The notes: a model not told the origin generated them from the letters alone. Shown: positions 1-9,415, numbered from the stretch's first letter. The stretch is 64,000 nucleotides of DNA from Parcubacteria group bacterium (GCA_016181845.1 JACOYO010000004.1:15827-79826); one strand, 5' to 3'. Program-made: numbers and translations.

Positions 1-4
1 GCAT

Positions 5-406
5 GTGGTTAGTGGCATCACCTATCGCACAGGACTTTCCAAAAAAATTGTATATAACCAGGGGAAACAGATACTGAAGCCGGAAACATCGGAAACGATT
101 ACCCGAATGCTTGTGCGCGTTGTTGATGAAGCGCTTTTGGGTGGAACAGTAAAGTTGCCGCAGTATAGCATTGCGGCAAAGACCGGTACCGCGCAGATTG
201 CCAAAGAAAACGGACGTGGGTACTATGAAGACCGTAATCTCCATTCCTTTTTTGGGTATGTTCCGGCGTACGACCCGCAATTTCTGATATTTTTATATAC
301 TGTAAATCCGAAAGACGTCAAATACGCGTCGCAGACGCTTACCATGCCGTTTATGAATATAACAAAGTTTTTGCTCAACTATTATGAAGTGCCGCCTGAT
401 AGATGA
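5..406 (+). CDS. Penicillin-binding protein (transpeptidase), C-terminal part; the 5' end lies before the window
   Basis: The ORF runs from the window edge. It has the KTG(T) motif (AAKTGTAQ) typical of PBP transpeptidase domains, and murF lies directly downstream as in the ftsI-murE/murF arrangement. Confidence 0.75.
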   Translation: MVSGITYRTGLSKKIVYNQGKQILKPETSETITRMLVRVVDEALLGGTVKLPQYSIAAKTGTAQIAKENGRGYYEDRNLHSFFGYVPAYDPQFLIFLYTVNPKDVKYASQTLTMPFMNITKFLLNYYEVPPDR

Positions 407-455
407 TTATGAATTCGGCTTTCGCATAGCCGAATTTCTGAGGCCGGACGTCTAA

Positions 456-1802
456 ATGACACAAAAAAACATGATACGACACATATTTAAAAAAATAATT
501 ATTTTTATACTCACGCTTGAAGCGCGGCTGGTGTTGCGCAAATACCACCCGACGATTGTCGCCATCACCGGCAGTGTGGGCAAGACATCAACCAAAGATG
601 CTATTTACGCGATTCTTTCAAAACAATTTTACGCGCGGAAAAGCGAAAAAAGTTTCAACAGCGATATCGGTATTCCGCTTACCATCTTGGGATGCTCAAA
701 TGGATGGTACGATGTGCGTATCTGGCTTTCCAATATATGGGAGGGATTACGTCTCATTATTACTAAAAATCATTATCCAAAATGGCTCATTCTTGAAGTG
801 GGAGCCGACAGGCCAGGGGATATTCAAAAAGTGGCAGAGTGGCTCTCGCCTGATATTGTGGTAGTAACCCGTTTTGCCGACGTGCCGGTACACGTGGAGT
901 TTTTCGCTTCTCCAGAAGCGCTGGTGCGCGAAAAAACATATCTGGTGGAAGCTCTGAAGCCGGGCGGTCTTTTGGTGTTGAATCACGACGACAAGCAATC
1001 GGCGGCGCTTAAAGAAAAAACACAAGCGCGAGTGATTACCTATGGATTTGGTGAGGGGGCGCGCATTCGCGCGTCTCATCAGGAAATTTTTTATGACACC
1101 GGGAATGGCGCTGGTTCCGGTAAAATCGCTTTTAACGTGCCCGAAGGAACCATATTTAAAGTAAGTTACGTCGGCAGTACCGTACCCGTGCGGTTAAATA
1201 GCGCGTTTGGCATACAGCATATCTATGCCGCGCTTGCCGGTTTTGCGGTTGGCGTATTGCATGGCGTTAATATGGTGGCGATTACAGAAGCGCTTGGGGA
1301 GTATGTTCCTCCGCCAGGCCGCATGCGGATGGTTGACGGACAAAAAGAGAGTATCATTTTAGATGATTCATACAACGCTTCTCCGGTTGCAACCGAGGCG
1401 GCACTTGAAACTCTTTCTGCTATCCGCACAAATGAACACGCAAGAAAAATTGCCGTGCTTGGTGATATGCTTGAACTGGGAAAATATTCCGGCAAGGAGC
1501 ATGCACGCATCGGAGAACAGGCGGCAAAGACAGCCGATATTCTCGTCGTCGTCGGCGTGCGCGCGAAGATGATTGCAGAAAGCGCGCTTTCCATGGGCAT
1601 GTCTTCGTATAATGTGCATACGTTTGAAACATCGCGCGAAGCGGGGGAATTTCTCAAAACTTTTATCGCGAAAGGCGATATTATTCTAGTGAAGGGCTCG
1701 CAGTCAATGCGCATGGAGCATGTCGTTCTTGCGCTCATGGCGCATCCCGAAGAAGCCCCGCTCCTTTTAGTCAGGCAAGAAGCAATTTGGAAAGAAAAAT
1801 AG
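456..1802 (+). CDS. murF: UDP-N-acetylmuramoyl-tripeptide--D-alanyl-D-alanine ligase
   Basis: 448 aa with the Mur ligase P-loop ITGSVGKTSTKD, the central DDSYNASP motif and C-terminal Mur ligase features. The true start may instead be the internal Met at 471. Confidence 0.85.
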   Translation: MTQKNMIRHIFKKIIIFILTLEARLVLRKYHPTIVAITGSVGKTSTKDAIYAILSKQFYARKSEKSFNSDIGIPLTILGCSNGWYDVRIWLSNIWEGLRLIITKNHYPKWLILEVGADRPGDIQKVAEWLSPDIVVVTRFADVPVHVEFFASPEALVREKTYLVEALKPGGLLVLNHDDKQSAALKEKTQARVITYGFGEGARIRASHQEIFYDTGNGAGSGKIAFNVPEGTIFKVSYVGSTVPVRLNSAFGIQHIYAALAGFAVGVLHGVNMVAITEALGEYVPPPGRMRMVDGQKESIILDDSYNASPVATEAALETLSAIRTNEHARKIAVLGDMLELGKYSGKEHARIGEQAAKTADILVVVGVRAKMIAESALSMGMSSYNVHTFETSREAGEFLKTFIAKGDIILVKGSQSMRMEHVVLALMAHPEEAPLLLVRQEAIWKEK

Positions 1803-1803
1803 T

Positions 1804-1888
1804 TTACTTGGACACCCGACGTCCAAGTAAGACATCCGATTAAATAGTTACTTGGACGTCGGGTGTCCAAGTAACGACGTCCAAGTTT
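1804..1888. repeat. Tandem pair (plus one half-site) of 27-bp palindromes TTACTTGGAC-N7-GTCCAAGTAA (family P1)
   Basis: Read directly: 1804-1830 ttacttggacacccgacgtccaagtaa, 1848-1874 ttacttggacgtcgggtgtccaagtaa, then gacgtccaag. The same palindrome recurs at 27400-27433 and 51047-51073. Confidence 0.6.
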
Positions 1889-1959
1889 GAATAATTTACG
1901 CAAAATTTCCGTCGCTCGGTCATCACGAAAATAAATTTTCGCGTGACCTTGCTAGGAAA

Positions 1960-2012
1960 TATAAAAAACAGAAACCTTGCGATATATCGCAAGGTTTCTG
2001 TTTTTATTTTCT
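1960..2012. terminator. Bidirectional rho-independent terminator between convergent murF and rnr
   Basis: Perfect 16-bp stem aacagaaaccttgcga/tcgcaaggtttctgtt with a 4-nt loop, preceded by an A-run and followed by a T-run. Confidence 0.6.
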
Positions 2013-2043
2013 ATAACTATTCCAGTATATTGGAACAGTGAAA

Positions 2044-2142
2044 GACGTCCAACCTCTGTGTGCGAGACGCCCGACTTCTGAAGTGGTAAAACATCGGCAT
2101 TTGCCACAAATAAAGTAATTACCACAGCAGAAGTCGGACGTC
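2044..2142. repeat. Long-hairpin repeat element (family P4), copy 1 of 2
   Basis: Outer arms gacgcccgacttctg / cagaagtcggacgtc and inner arms gtggtaa / ttaccac surround a conserved core atcggcatttgccacaaataaa. The second copy is at 48141-48217. Confidence 0.55.
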
Positions 2143-2193
2143 TAAATCTAAACTGCCAATGCCGATGTTTTATTATTTTATAACCACCACTAT

Positions 2194-2227
2194 GCCAGTA
2201 TACTGGCATAGTGCCATGGCCAACATC
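2194..2227. repeat. Palindromic hairpin repeat CTATGCCAGTATACTGGCATAG (family P3), copy 1 of 2
   Basis: Perfect palindrome just after the rnr stop. The second copy is at 4927-4964. It generates the spurious ORFs that start MPVYWHSGG. Confidence 0.5.
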
Positions 2228-2240
2228 ATTAGTATTTAAT

Positions 2241-4193
2241 TTACACAATCACGAAATCAATCGTTTTTCTTTTTATATCTGCGCCGATGACTTTGATACG
2301 AATTGGGTCGCCCAGCCGGTAGGTCTTTTTGGTCCGCTGTCCGCGGAGCACGTGATGTTTTTCATCAAGCACGTAATAATCATTTTTGAGAGAGCTTAAT
2401 TTTATCATGCCTTCCGATTTCGTCGCGGTTGTCTCGGCGTAAATGCCCCACTCGGTAACTCCGGTGATGGTGGCGTCAAAAGTATCGCCTACACGCTCGC
2501 TCATGTATTCGGTTTGTTTGTATTTAATAGACGCGCGTTCGGCATCGGTCGCCGTCTGCTCCATACGTGAAGCGTAATCGGCGACACTTCTAAAATTGGC
2601 GAGCTCTTTTTCTGACACGCGCTCGCCTCCAAGATATTTTGAAAGGAGGCGATGGACGAGAGTGTCGGGGTAGCGGCGGATAGGAGAGGTGAAATGCGTA
2701 TAGTGCTCAAACGCCAAACCATAGTGGCCGATGTTGTCGGTGGAATATATCGCTTTCGCCATAGAACGGAGTGTCGCCATGTTGATAAGCGCTTCTTCGG
2801 CGGTGCCTTGCGCTTGCGCAAGCAGGGCGTTGATGTCTTTTGATTTCACTTTTCCGTTTTCGTGTTTCAACGTATAGCCAAGCGTTTTTAGAAAAAGGCC
2901 AAGCTCTTGTATTTTTTCTTCGTTTGGCAAATCGTGAATGCGATAGAGGAACGCTTTTGCCGCGTGTTCGTCTTTTTTCCCGATAAATTCCGCGACGCGC
3001 TTGTTGGCAAGAAGCATCCACTCCTCAATGAGCTTGTTGGTTTCAAGACGCGGCTTCGTATGAATGGCGATTGGTTTGCCTTCTTGGTCAAGTTCAAACC
3101 GTACTTCTGTTGAATCAAAATCTATCGCGCCTTTTTCAAAACGCTTTTTTCGCAAGTGCCGCGCTATATCGCGCACCATTTCAAGCGCGGAAGAAAGAGC
3201 GCTTCCGTCTGGCGCGTCCAAAAGTGCTTGCGCATCTTCGTAGGTAAAACGCTTGGCGGAATGAATAACCGTCTTTCCAAACCATTCTTTTTTAATCGTC
3301 GCGTCTTTAGTGATGGTAAAAATAGCAGAGAAGGCGAGGCGGTCTTCATTTGGGCGCAGACTGCAGAGGTCGTTTGAAAGACGCTCGGGGAGCATGGGGA
3401 TGGTGCGGTCTACCAGATATATGGAAGTGGCGCGTTTGAGCGCTTCTGTATCAAGCGCGGTATTTTCGCGCACGAAGTGCGACACGTCGGCAATGTGGAC
3501 ACCCACTTCAAATTCATGCTCGGAAATTTTTTTGAAAGAAAGCGCGTCATCAAAATCTTTTGCGTCTTTCGGGTCAATGGTGAAAGTGAGCGTGCTCCGC
3601 ATGTCGCGCCGCGTGTCTATTTCTTCTTTTGATATGGCGCTCGGCAGGAGATCGGCTTCTTTTTCCACCGCGACAGGGAAGCTCGTATCAAATCCGCGCT
3701 CAAGCACGATAGCTTCCATTTCCGTTTCGTTGAGCCCCGCTTTGCCGATGCGCTTGATGAGCTCGCCAACTGGATTTTCTTTCGGGTCATCCCATCTGGC
3801 GATTTTTACATATACTTTGTCGCCCGACGATATGCCTTTTATTTCATTTGGAGGAAGAATAATATCCGCGTACATTCTCGGATTGTCGGTAATGACAAAA
3901 AAAACGCCGCTTTCTTCCTTGAGTGTGCCGACAAACCGCATACGTTCGCGGTGAAGAATTTCCACAACTTCTCCGGAAGGACGTTTCCCGTCAATGTGCG
4001 GAAATAGCCGTACCTTCACGCGGTCGCCGTGCAAGCCGGTGTTCAAATATGCCGGACCGATTTCAATATCTTGTTTCAATCCTTCCGCCGAAACAAAACC
4101 GATACCCTTGCTCGTCATAAAAAGAGAGCCCTCTATTTCATTTTGTTTATTTTCCTTTTTCATGTCAGATGTCAACATGAGCGTAACACACAA
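2241..4193 (-). CDS. rnr: Ribonuclease R (RNB family 3'-5' exoribonuclease with cold-shock and S1 domains)
   Basis: 650 aa with RNB catalytic-region motifs and a C-terminal S1-like region (GKTVIHSAKRFTYEDA...). The start could be one of the internal Met codons (about 4163 or 4118). Confidence 0.85.
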   Translation of the reverse strand: MCVTLMLTSDMKKENKQNEIEGSLFMTSKGIGFVSAEGLKQDIEIGPAYLNTGLHGDRVKVRLFPHIDGKRPSGEVVEILHRERMRFVGTLKEESGVFFVITDNPRMYADIILPPNEIKGISSGDKVYVKIARWDDPKENPVGELIKRIGKAGLNETEMEAIVLERGFDTSFPVAVEKEADLLPSAISKEEIDTRRDMRSTLTFTIDPKDAKDFDDALSFKKISEHEFEVGVHIADVSHFVRENTALDTEALKRATSIYLVDRTIPMLPERLSNDLCSLRPNEDRLAFSAIFTITKDATIKKEWFGKTVIHSAKRFTYEDAQALLDAPDGSALSSALEMVRDIARHLRKKRFEKGAIDFDSTEVRFELDQEGKPIAIHTKPRLETNKLIEEWMLLANKRVAEFIGKKDEHAAKAFLYRIHDLPNEEKIQELGLFLKTLGYTLKHENGKVKSKDINALLAQAQGTAEEALINMATLRSMAKAIYSTDNIGHYGLAFEHYTHFTSPIRRYPDTLVHRLLSKYLGGERVSEKELANFRSVADYASRMEQTATDAERASIKYKQTEYMSERVGDTFDATITGVTEWGIYAETTATKSEGMIKLSSLKNDYYVLDEKHHVLRGQRTKKTYRLGDPIRIKVIGADIKRKTIDFVIV

Positions 4194-4295
4194 CCACAGA
4201 AAAGTGAATTTTCCTTGGGAACTTAGTTCCCAAGGGAATCTTTATAGGCGATAGTGATGTTGTGGTAGCCATTAGATTGTATTACACTGGTTGGT

Positions 4296-4916
4296 ATGAG
4301 CGTGGCAAAAAACAAAGCAAAAAACAAAAATAACAAAGAACGCATCGTTGATTTTCTTTTTGAAGTCGGGATTCTTTCCAAAACGCCGCGGAGCGGCTTT
4401 TATTTTTTGGGTAGCGGAGACCAAAGCGTCGCCGAGCACTTAAATCGCGTGATGTTCATCGGCTACGCGCTTGCCATGCAGGAGAAAAATGTTGACACGA
4501 CAAGGATATTAAAAATGTGCCTTTTCCACGATTTGCCAGAAGGGCGCACTTCCGATTTGAATTATGTGCATCAAAAATATGCCAATGTGAACGAGCGGAA
4601 AGTGGTTGAAGACATGACTGAAACTCTGCCGTTTGGCGACGACATAAAAGCGGTGTGGGAAGAATATGTGGAACGAAAAACACGAGAGTCAATTATCGCA
4701 AAAGATGCTGATATTCTTGAGTGGATATTGTCGTTGAAAGAACAGGTTGATACGGGCAATGTTCGCGCGCGTGAATGGATTACGGTCGCCGCGAAGCGGC
4801 TGAAAACTGATAATGCTAAGAAGCTTGTGCCATCAATTCTCAAAACCGAATCTGACCACTGGTGGTTTAGCGATAAAAAAGATACGTGGTGGGTCAATCG
4901 CAACAAGGAAAAGTAA
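4296..4916 (+). CDS. HD-domain phosphohydrolase (YfbR-like 5'-nucleotidase family)
   Basis: H...HD...D motif region (VAEHLNRV..., CLFHDLPEGRTSD) typical of the HD superfamily; 206 aa. Confidence 0.65.
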   Translation: MSVAKNKAKNKNNKERIVDFLFEVGILSKTPRSGFYFLGSGDQSVAEHLNRVMFIGYALAMQEKNVDTTRILKMCLFHDLPEGRTSDLNYVHQKYANVNERKVVEDMTETLPFGDDIKAVWEEYVERKTRESIIAKDADILEWILSLKEQVDTGNVRAREWITVAAKRLKTDNAKKLVPSILKTESDHWWFSDKKDTWWVNRNKEK

Positions 4917-4926
4917 ACAAAAAAAT

Positions 4927-4964
4927 CCCCACCACTATGCCAGTATACTGGCATAATGGCGGGG
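4927..4964. repeat. Family P3 palindromic hairpin, copy 2
   Basis: ccccaccactatgccagtatactggcataatggcgggg; the hairpin extends to about 19 bp. Confidence 0.5.
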
Positions 4965-5043
4965 AGATTGAGCTAGTTTACTCGCGGTATTCGCGGCAGA
5001 GTTTTTAATTGACCGATTTTCTCGTATCTGCTATATTTCTCGT

Positions 5044-5499
5044 ATGTTAAAAATCAGACTACAACGCGTTGGACGCAAGCATGACCCGTCATTTCGGGTT
5101 GTTTTGACCGACTCGCGGAGCGGACCAAAAAGCTTGAAACACATTGAGATGCTTGGTTCGTATGACGCGCGCGGCGGGAGAGTCCCATCATTGAAAGGCG
5201 AGCGCATTACACACTGGATTGCGAAAGGAGCACAGGTTTCCGATACAGTGCACAATCTTTTGATAAAAAATAAAGTAATCCGCGGCAAAAAAATTGCAGT
5301 AGCTTCTAAAAAAAATGCAGGCAAAAAACAACAAGAAGAGGCGAATGCGGCGGTGCCGGCCCAAGATGTGAATGGCGGGACGACACAGACATCTCCGACC
5401 GAAACCGCGGCCGAAGAAAAAACATCCGACGCCGCAGTCTCTGGCGCGTCGTCAGACGAAGTTATGCCTGAAGCAATGTCAGCTGAAGTGAAAGAATAA
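5044..5499 (+). CDS. rpsP: 30S ribosomal protein S16 with an Ala/Lys/Glu-rich C-terminal extension
   Basis: The N-terminus MLKIRLQRVGRKHDPSFRVV is canonical S16. The roughly 70-aa C-terminal tail is low-complexity. Confidence 0.9.
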   Translation: MLKIRLQRVGRKHDPSFRVVLTDSRSGPKSLKHIEMLGSYDARGGRVPSLKGERITHWIAKGAQVSDTVHNLLIKNKVIRGKKIAVASKKNAGKKQQEEANAAVPAQDVNGGTTQTSPTETAAEEKTSDAAVSGASSDEVMPEAMSAEVKE

Positions 5500-5603
5500 G
5501 CGCACTGCATGCATTGACATAGCGCCATAGAAGGCGTATATTAGTCAGTAAAGCAATTTTGGTTTTGATGAATTGCTGTTTTACAAGAATATTACTAGCA
5601 TAG

Positions 5604-5924
5604 TTGAATGTATTTATGCAAAAAGATCAGGAATTTCTTGAGTTCGTTATCAAATCACTCGTCGACCATCCGGAAACAGTGAAAGTGAATCGGAATGTTG
5701 ATGAAATGGGAGTGCTCTTAACGCTTGATATTCATCCGGAAGACATGGGGAAAATTATCGGACGCAAAGGCGCAACCGCGAAATCAATCCGAACCCTGCT
5801 TCGCGTCGTAGGAATGAAAAACAGCGCGCGGGTAAATTTGAAAATCAACGAACCGGAAGGTGGCAAGGGGCCGCGAATGGCGGATATGTCAGTTGAACAA
5901 GCAATGGAAGATTTGAAAATGTAA
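5604..5924 (+). CDS. KH-domain RNA-binding protein (UPF0109/YlqC family)
   Basis: The GxxG KH motif (IGRKGATAKSIRTLLRV) and its conserved position directly after rpsP. Confidence 0.8.
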   Translation: MNVFMQKDQEFLEFVIKSLVDHPETVKVNRNVDEMGVLLTLDIHPEDMGKIIGRKGATAKSIRTLLRVVGMKNSARVNLKINEPEGGKGPRMADMSVEQAMEDLKM

Positions 5925-5939
5925 TTGTATCTATTAAAA

Positions 5940-5972
5940 ACAAAATCCCGCTATTGGCGGGATTTTGTTTAC
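5940..5972 (+). terminator. Rho-independent terminator after the KH-protein gene
   Basis: Stem aaaatcccgc/gcgggatttt with a tatt loop, followed by a T-run. Confidence 0.55.
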
Positions 5973-6027
5973 ACAATGATTTCATCAAGTCCTGCAATTT
6001 ACAACCATAACCTAAAAAGCTAACATC

Positions 6028-6732
6028 ATGATTACTTACCATATCATCACCCTATTTCCGGAAATTGTACGCGCGTATACCGACGTGTCTATCATCGGGC
6101 GGGCGCAGGAAAGGAAAAAAATAAAAGTGCGGGTATACAACACGCGAGATTTTACGCGCGACAAGCATAAAAGAATTGACGGACGACCGTACGGAGGCGG
6201 TCCAGGTATGGTGATGCAGGCGGAGCCCATTTTGAAAGCTGTCAAAAAAGCGATTGGCGGAAAAAAGAATAAAAAAGTAAAAATTGTTTTGCTCTCGCCA
6301 AACGGAAAGCAATTTACCAACAAGACGGCTCTTGATTTTTCAAAAAAATATACAGATATTGTTTTCATCGCCGGACGATACGAGGGGATTGACGCGCGCG
6401 TGAAAAAAATCCTGTCCGCCCAAGGCGGATCCGCCTTGGGCGGAAAAGCTTCCATAGAAGAATGGTCAGTCGGTCCATATATTGTTACCGGCGGGGAATT
6501 GCCATCACTCATCATGCTTGATGCGATCACTCGTCAGATTTCTGGCGTTTTGGGCAAAGATGAATCTGTTGAAGAAAAACGCATTGCCGGAAAAGAAGTC
6601 TATACGCGCCCGGAATCGCTTGTGTTTGCCGGCAAAAAATATATCGTTCCAAAAGTCCTCCGCTCCGGCCACCATGAAAAAATAGAAAAATATCGCCGAA
6701 AAAATAAAAAGTTATCCACACTTATACAATGA
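6028..6732 (+). CDS. trmD: tRNA (guanine37-N1)-methyltransferase
   Basis: SPOUT/TrmD signature (ITLFPE..., GRYEGIDARV, VGPYIVTGGELP). rimM is missing between the KH gene and trmD. Confidence 0.9.
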   Translation: MITYHIITLFPEIVRAYTDVSIIGRAQERKKIKVRVYNTRDFTRDKHKRIDGRPYGGGPGMVMQAEPILKAVKKAIGGKKNKKVKIVLLSPNGKQFTNKTALDFSKKYTDIVFIAGRYEGIDARVKKILSAQGGSALGGKASIEEWSVGPYIVTGGELPSLIMLDAITRQISGVLGKDESVEEKRIAGKEVYTRPESLVFAGKKYIVPKVLRSGHHEKIEKYRRKNKKLSTLIQ

Positions 6733-6781
6733 ACAGGTAATAATGCTACATACTAGGCGCTAAATACGCTATAATAAAAGC

Positions 6782-7768
6782 ATGTCAACCATACGAGTTG
6801 GTGTCGTGCGCGGAGGGCCGTCTAGTGAATATGATGTGTCGCTCAAAACCGGCGCGTCAGTATTACAAAATCTTCCAGAGCGTTATGCGCCGGTGGATAT
6901 TCTCATTTCTAAAAATGGAGAATGGCACGCGGGTGGTCTGCCCACACGACCTGAAAAAATTCTCCCGCATGTTGATGTCGTGTTCAACGCGCTTCACGGC
7001 GCGTACGGAGAAGACGGCATATTCCAGCAAATGCTTGAAGCGCATGGAGTGCCGTATACCGGTTCTGATTCGCTTGCTTCGGCAATAGGTATGAACAAAG
7101 TACTTGCGCGGAAGCGTTTTGCCGCTATGGGAATGAAAGTTCCGTACGGAATGGAATTGCAAGCCGAGGCGCGTGAGGAAGAAGAACCTGTCCATATGGA
7201 CGAGCGTTTTGTATTTGATTTGTTCCGAAGATTCCCACAGCCGTCGGTGGTGAAGCCGATTTCTGCTGGCTCCTCTGTCGGTGTTCGCGTTGCACACACG
7301 CTCGGAGAACTTTCAGAAGCGCTGGAGTACGCTTTTTCATTCGGCGATACGGTGCTGATTGAAGAATATATCCGTGGCAGGGAAGCGACTTGCGGAGTTG
7401 TGGACGATTTCCGCGGACACGATACCCACGCGCTATTGCCTATTGAAATTATCAAACCGCAACACTCGCGCTTTTTTGATTATCAAGCGAAATACGGAGG
7501 AGAATCGCAAGAGATTTGCCCGTCGCCCAATTTTTCTCAAGAACAAAAACAAATGATAGAAAAACTTGCCGTCCAAGCGCATCGCGCCATCGGAGCGCGG
7601 CATTATTCGCGTTCAGATTTTATCATATCTCCTCGCGGCGTTTATATTTTGGAAATCAACACGCTTCCAGGGCTCACGAGCGAATCGCTCTTGCCGAAAT
7701 CGCTTGCCGCTGGCGGCACCCAATTTGAACAATTTTTAGATCACATTCTTACGCTCGCTATGCGCTAA
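6782..7768 (+). CDS. ddl: D-alanine--D-alanine ligase
   Basis: ATP-grasp Ddl motifs (HGAYGEDG, EINTLPG..., the C-terminal SLLPKS...) and an acidic insertion near residue 140. Confidence 0.9.
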   Translation: MSTIRVGVVRGGPSSEYDVSLKTGASVLQNLPERYAPVDILISKNGEWHAGGLPTRPEKILPHVDVVFNALHGAYGEDGIFQQMLEAHGVPYTGSDSLASAIGMNKVLARKRFAAMGMKVPYGMELQAEAREEEEPVHMDERFVFDLFRRFPQPSVVKPISAGSSVGVRVAHTLGELSEALEYAFSFGDTVLIEEYIRGREATCGVVDDFRGHDTHALLPIEIIKPQHSRFFDYQAKYGGESQEICPSPNFSQEQKQMIEKLAVQAHRAIGARHYSRSDFIISPRGVYILEINTLPGLTSESLLPKSLAAGGTQFEQFLDHILTLAMR

Positions 7769-7909
7769 AAAAATGGTTACAAAAATGGCGGCGTGATTTC
7801 TCACACCGCCTCAAGCAATTATATTACAACACAACAACATTTGTTTCTTGACCGATTTTCAGTTGTTTATGGCGCGTACAGCCGAAGAGAATATACAACA
7901 TAATCAATT

Positions 7910-8428
7910 CTATGATGAAAAACACGATTGGTTGAGCCGCCGCGTCAAATGTCCATCGCGGAATCGCCGCGACCGCGCATGCACACGAAACAAAAAAATA
8001 ATCCAGGCGGTTTTGTTTTCACGGCTCGGGTCTTCCAATGCTGACGCAAAAGTGGGGATTGAACCGATGAATATGGCCGCGAGACTTGTCGCGATGCCGA
8101 TGGTCGGATTGTTAAAAGTACTCCACAGAACGACACCGATAACCGCGCCGCCGATAGAGCAGAGGTCAATGTTTGTCCACCCAGATTTTCCACACTTTAA
8201 CGAAAGAGCGCTCACCAACCACGCGCATACGGAAGCGACCAATATCAGACCGTTTACCGCATCTTTTATATACATGCCTACAAGAGCGATGCTATCAAGA
8301 CATGCCCATATGAGCCATGTCGCTTTGGCGGGGATTGTGTTGCCTCGCATAATGTCGGTGATATAAAAAACATATCCGATGGCGCAGAATATGCCCGCCA
8401 ACGCGGAAAAAATTTCTTGTATGGACAA
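7910..8428 (-). CDS. Hypothetical multi-pass membrane protein
   Basis: Four or five hydrophobic segments. The C-terminal part overlaps an antisense ORF, so the true stop is uncertain. Confidence 0.4.
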   Translation of the reverse strand: MSIQEIFSALAGIFCAIGYVFYITDIMRGNTIPAKATWLIWACLDSIALVGMYIKDAVNGLILVASVCAWLVSALSLKCGKSGWTNIDLCSIGGAVIGVVLWSTFNNPTIGIATSLAAIFIGSIPTFASALEDPSRENKTAWIIFLFRVHARSRRFRDGHLTRRLNQSCFSS

Positions 8429-8500
8429 TTGGTTTCCCCCCTCTCAATTTTCAAAGTTCAAAAAAGTTATTCATACCGTAGCAGAAAAATCTCTTTTTTG

Positions 8501-9214
8501 CTATGTTTTGCTTTCAACATTCAAGATAGCGCGCGAAAGATACATAAACGGAATATCAACTATGCCGACAAGCCATTTTATTGCGGAAAGACCGATGATA
8601 AGCGGAATGACAGGCATCACTCCGTAAAAAGCAAGTGTGATAAAAAGCACGCTGTCCAAAAGCATTGCTGGAATGGAACTAAACACATTGCGTATCCACA
8701 AGTGCTTACCTTCGGTAAGTGTACGGAACCAGTGAAAAAGATACGCATCAACATTTTCGCTAATAAAAAACGATATCAAACTGGCAATGACTATGCGCGG
8801 CACGTTGCTTAACAGCGCTTCAAACGCGAATTGATTTTGGAAGAACGGCGCGCCACGCGCTTTCAGTACCAAATATGAAAAACAAATAAGCGCGATTTGA
8901 GCAAAAAGGGCAATCAAAATCATTCGCTCCGTTTCTTTTTTCCCGAATCGCTCGTTCACAATATCGGTCAAAAGAAATGTGACGGAAAAAATGAGGACGG
9001 TTGCCGGCGCGAAGAACTGAATAAATCCAAAATCAAAAGAAATAGTTTTTGATACGGCAATGTTTGAAAAAACAACCAGCGTAACATACAAGGCGATAAG
9101 CGCATCGGGGCGATTGTATTGCCGCGCATACCACGCGCCCAAAACGCCAAAAAGTGAAACTATGATTATCCAAAAAATCGCAAGTGATACGGTCATATAT
9201 TTATGGCGAAGCAC
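8501..9214 (-). CDS. Queuosine-precursor transporter family membrane protein (YhhQ/VUT, DUF165)
   Basis: Collinear similarity to E. coli YhhQ (TDIVNERFG vs TDLTVRIFG, the acidic-loop motif ENVDAYLF, the C-terminal LAFYG region); about 6 TM segments. Confidence 0.65.
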   Translation of the reverse strand: MLRHKYMTVSLAIFWIIIVSLFGVLGAWYARQYNRPDALIALYVTLVVFSNIAVSKTISFDFGFIQFFAPATVLIFSVTFLLTDIVNERFGKKETERMILIALFAQIALICFSYLVLKARGAPFFQNQFAFEALLSNVPRIVIASLISFFISENVDAYLFHWFRTLTEGKHLWIRNVFSSIPAMLLDSVLFITLAFYGVMPVIPLIIGLSAIKWLVGIVDIPFMYLSRAILNVESKT

Positions 9215-9242
9215 CGAGGCAACTTCTTCGGCAAATCTGAAA

Positions 9243-9316
9243 TGGTGGACCTACGGGGAGTTGAACCCCGGACTCGGCAATGCGAATGCCGCGTAATACC
9301 ACTTTACTATAGGCCC
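9243..9316 (-). tRNA. tRNA-Ala (anticodon CGC), CCA encoded
   Basis: Read as the reverse complement: GGGCCUAUAGUAAAGUGGUAUUACGCGGCAUUCGCAUUGCCGAGUCCGGGGUUCAACUCCCCGUAGGUCCACCA. It has the G3:U70 Ala identity pair and the GGUUCAACUCC T-loop. Confidence 0.85.
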
Positions 9317-9415
9317 TTTGTTTTAAAAATTTTTAAATTTTTTCTCCTCCAATCTCTACAAATTTCTTTTTAAAATTTCCGCAAATACCAATGAAACATC
9401 AGGTCAAGTTTCGTG

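Noticed and set aside
406-456. Hairpin aattcggctttcgcatagccgaatt between the PBP gene and murF
   Set aside because: It is a perfect 9-bp stem but has no T-run and is only 50 bp from the murF start. It is probably just an intergenic structure or weak attenuator, so it is not reported as a terminator.
1223-1903. 226-aa minus-strand ORF overlapping murF
   Set aside because: It is antisense to a well-supported murF and its 5' part is made of the P1 palindromes (RRPSNYLIGCLTWTSGVQ), so it is a repeat-driven artefact.
1952-2248. 98-aa ORF (MPVYWHSGG...), and its twin at 4571-4954
   Set aside because: Both start inside the P3 palindrome copies, which explains the identical N-termini. They cross terminator hairpins and have no coding signal.
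3310-3954. 214-aa plus-strand ORF inside rnr
   Set aside because: Antisense to RNase R; a Ser/Arg-rich low-complexity translation typical of the wrong frame.
5031-5528. 165-aa minus-strand ORF covering rpsP
   Set aside because: Antisense to ribosomal protein S16, whose identity is unambiguous.
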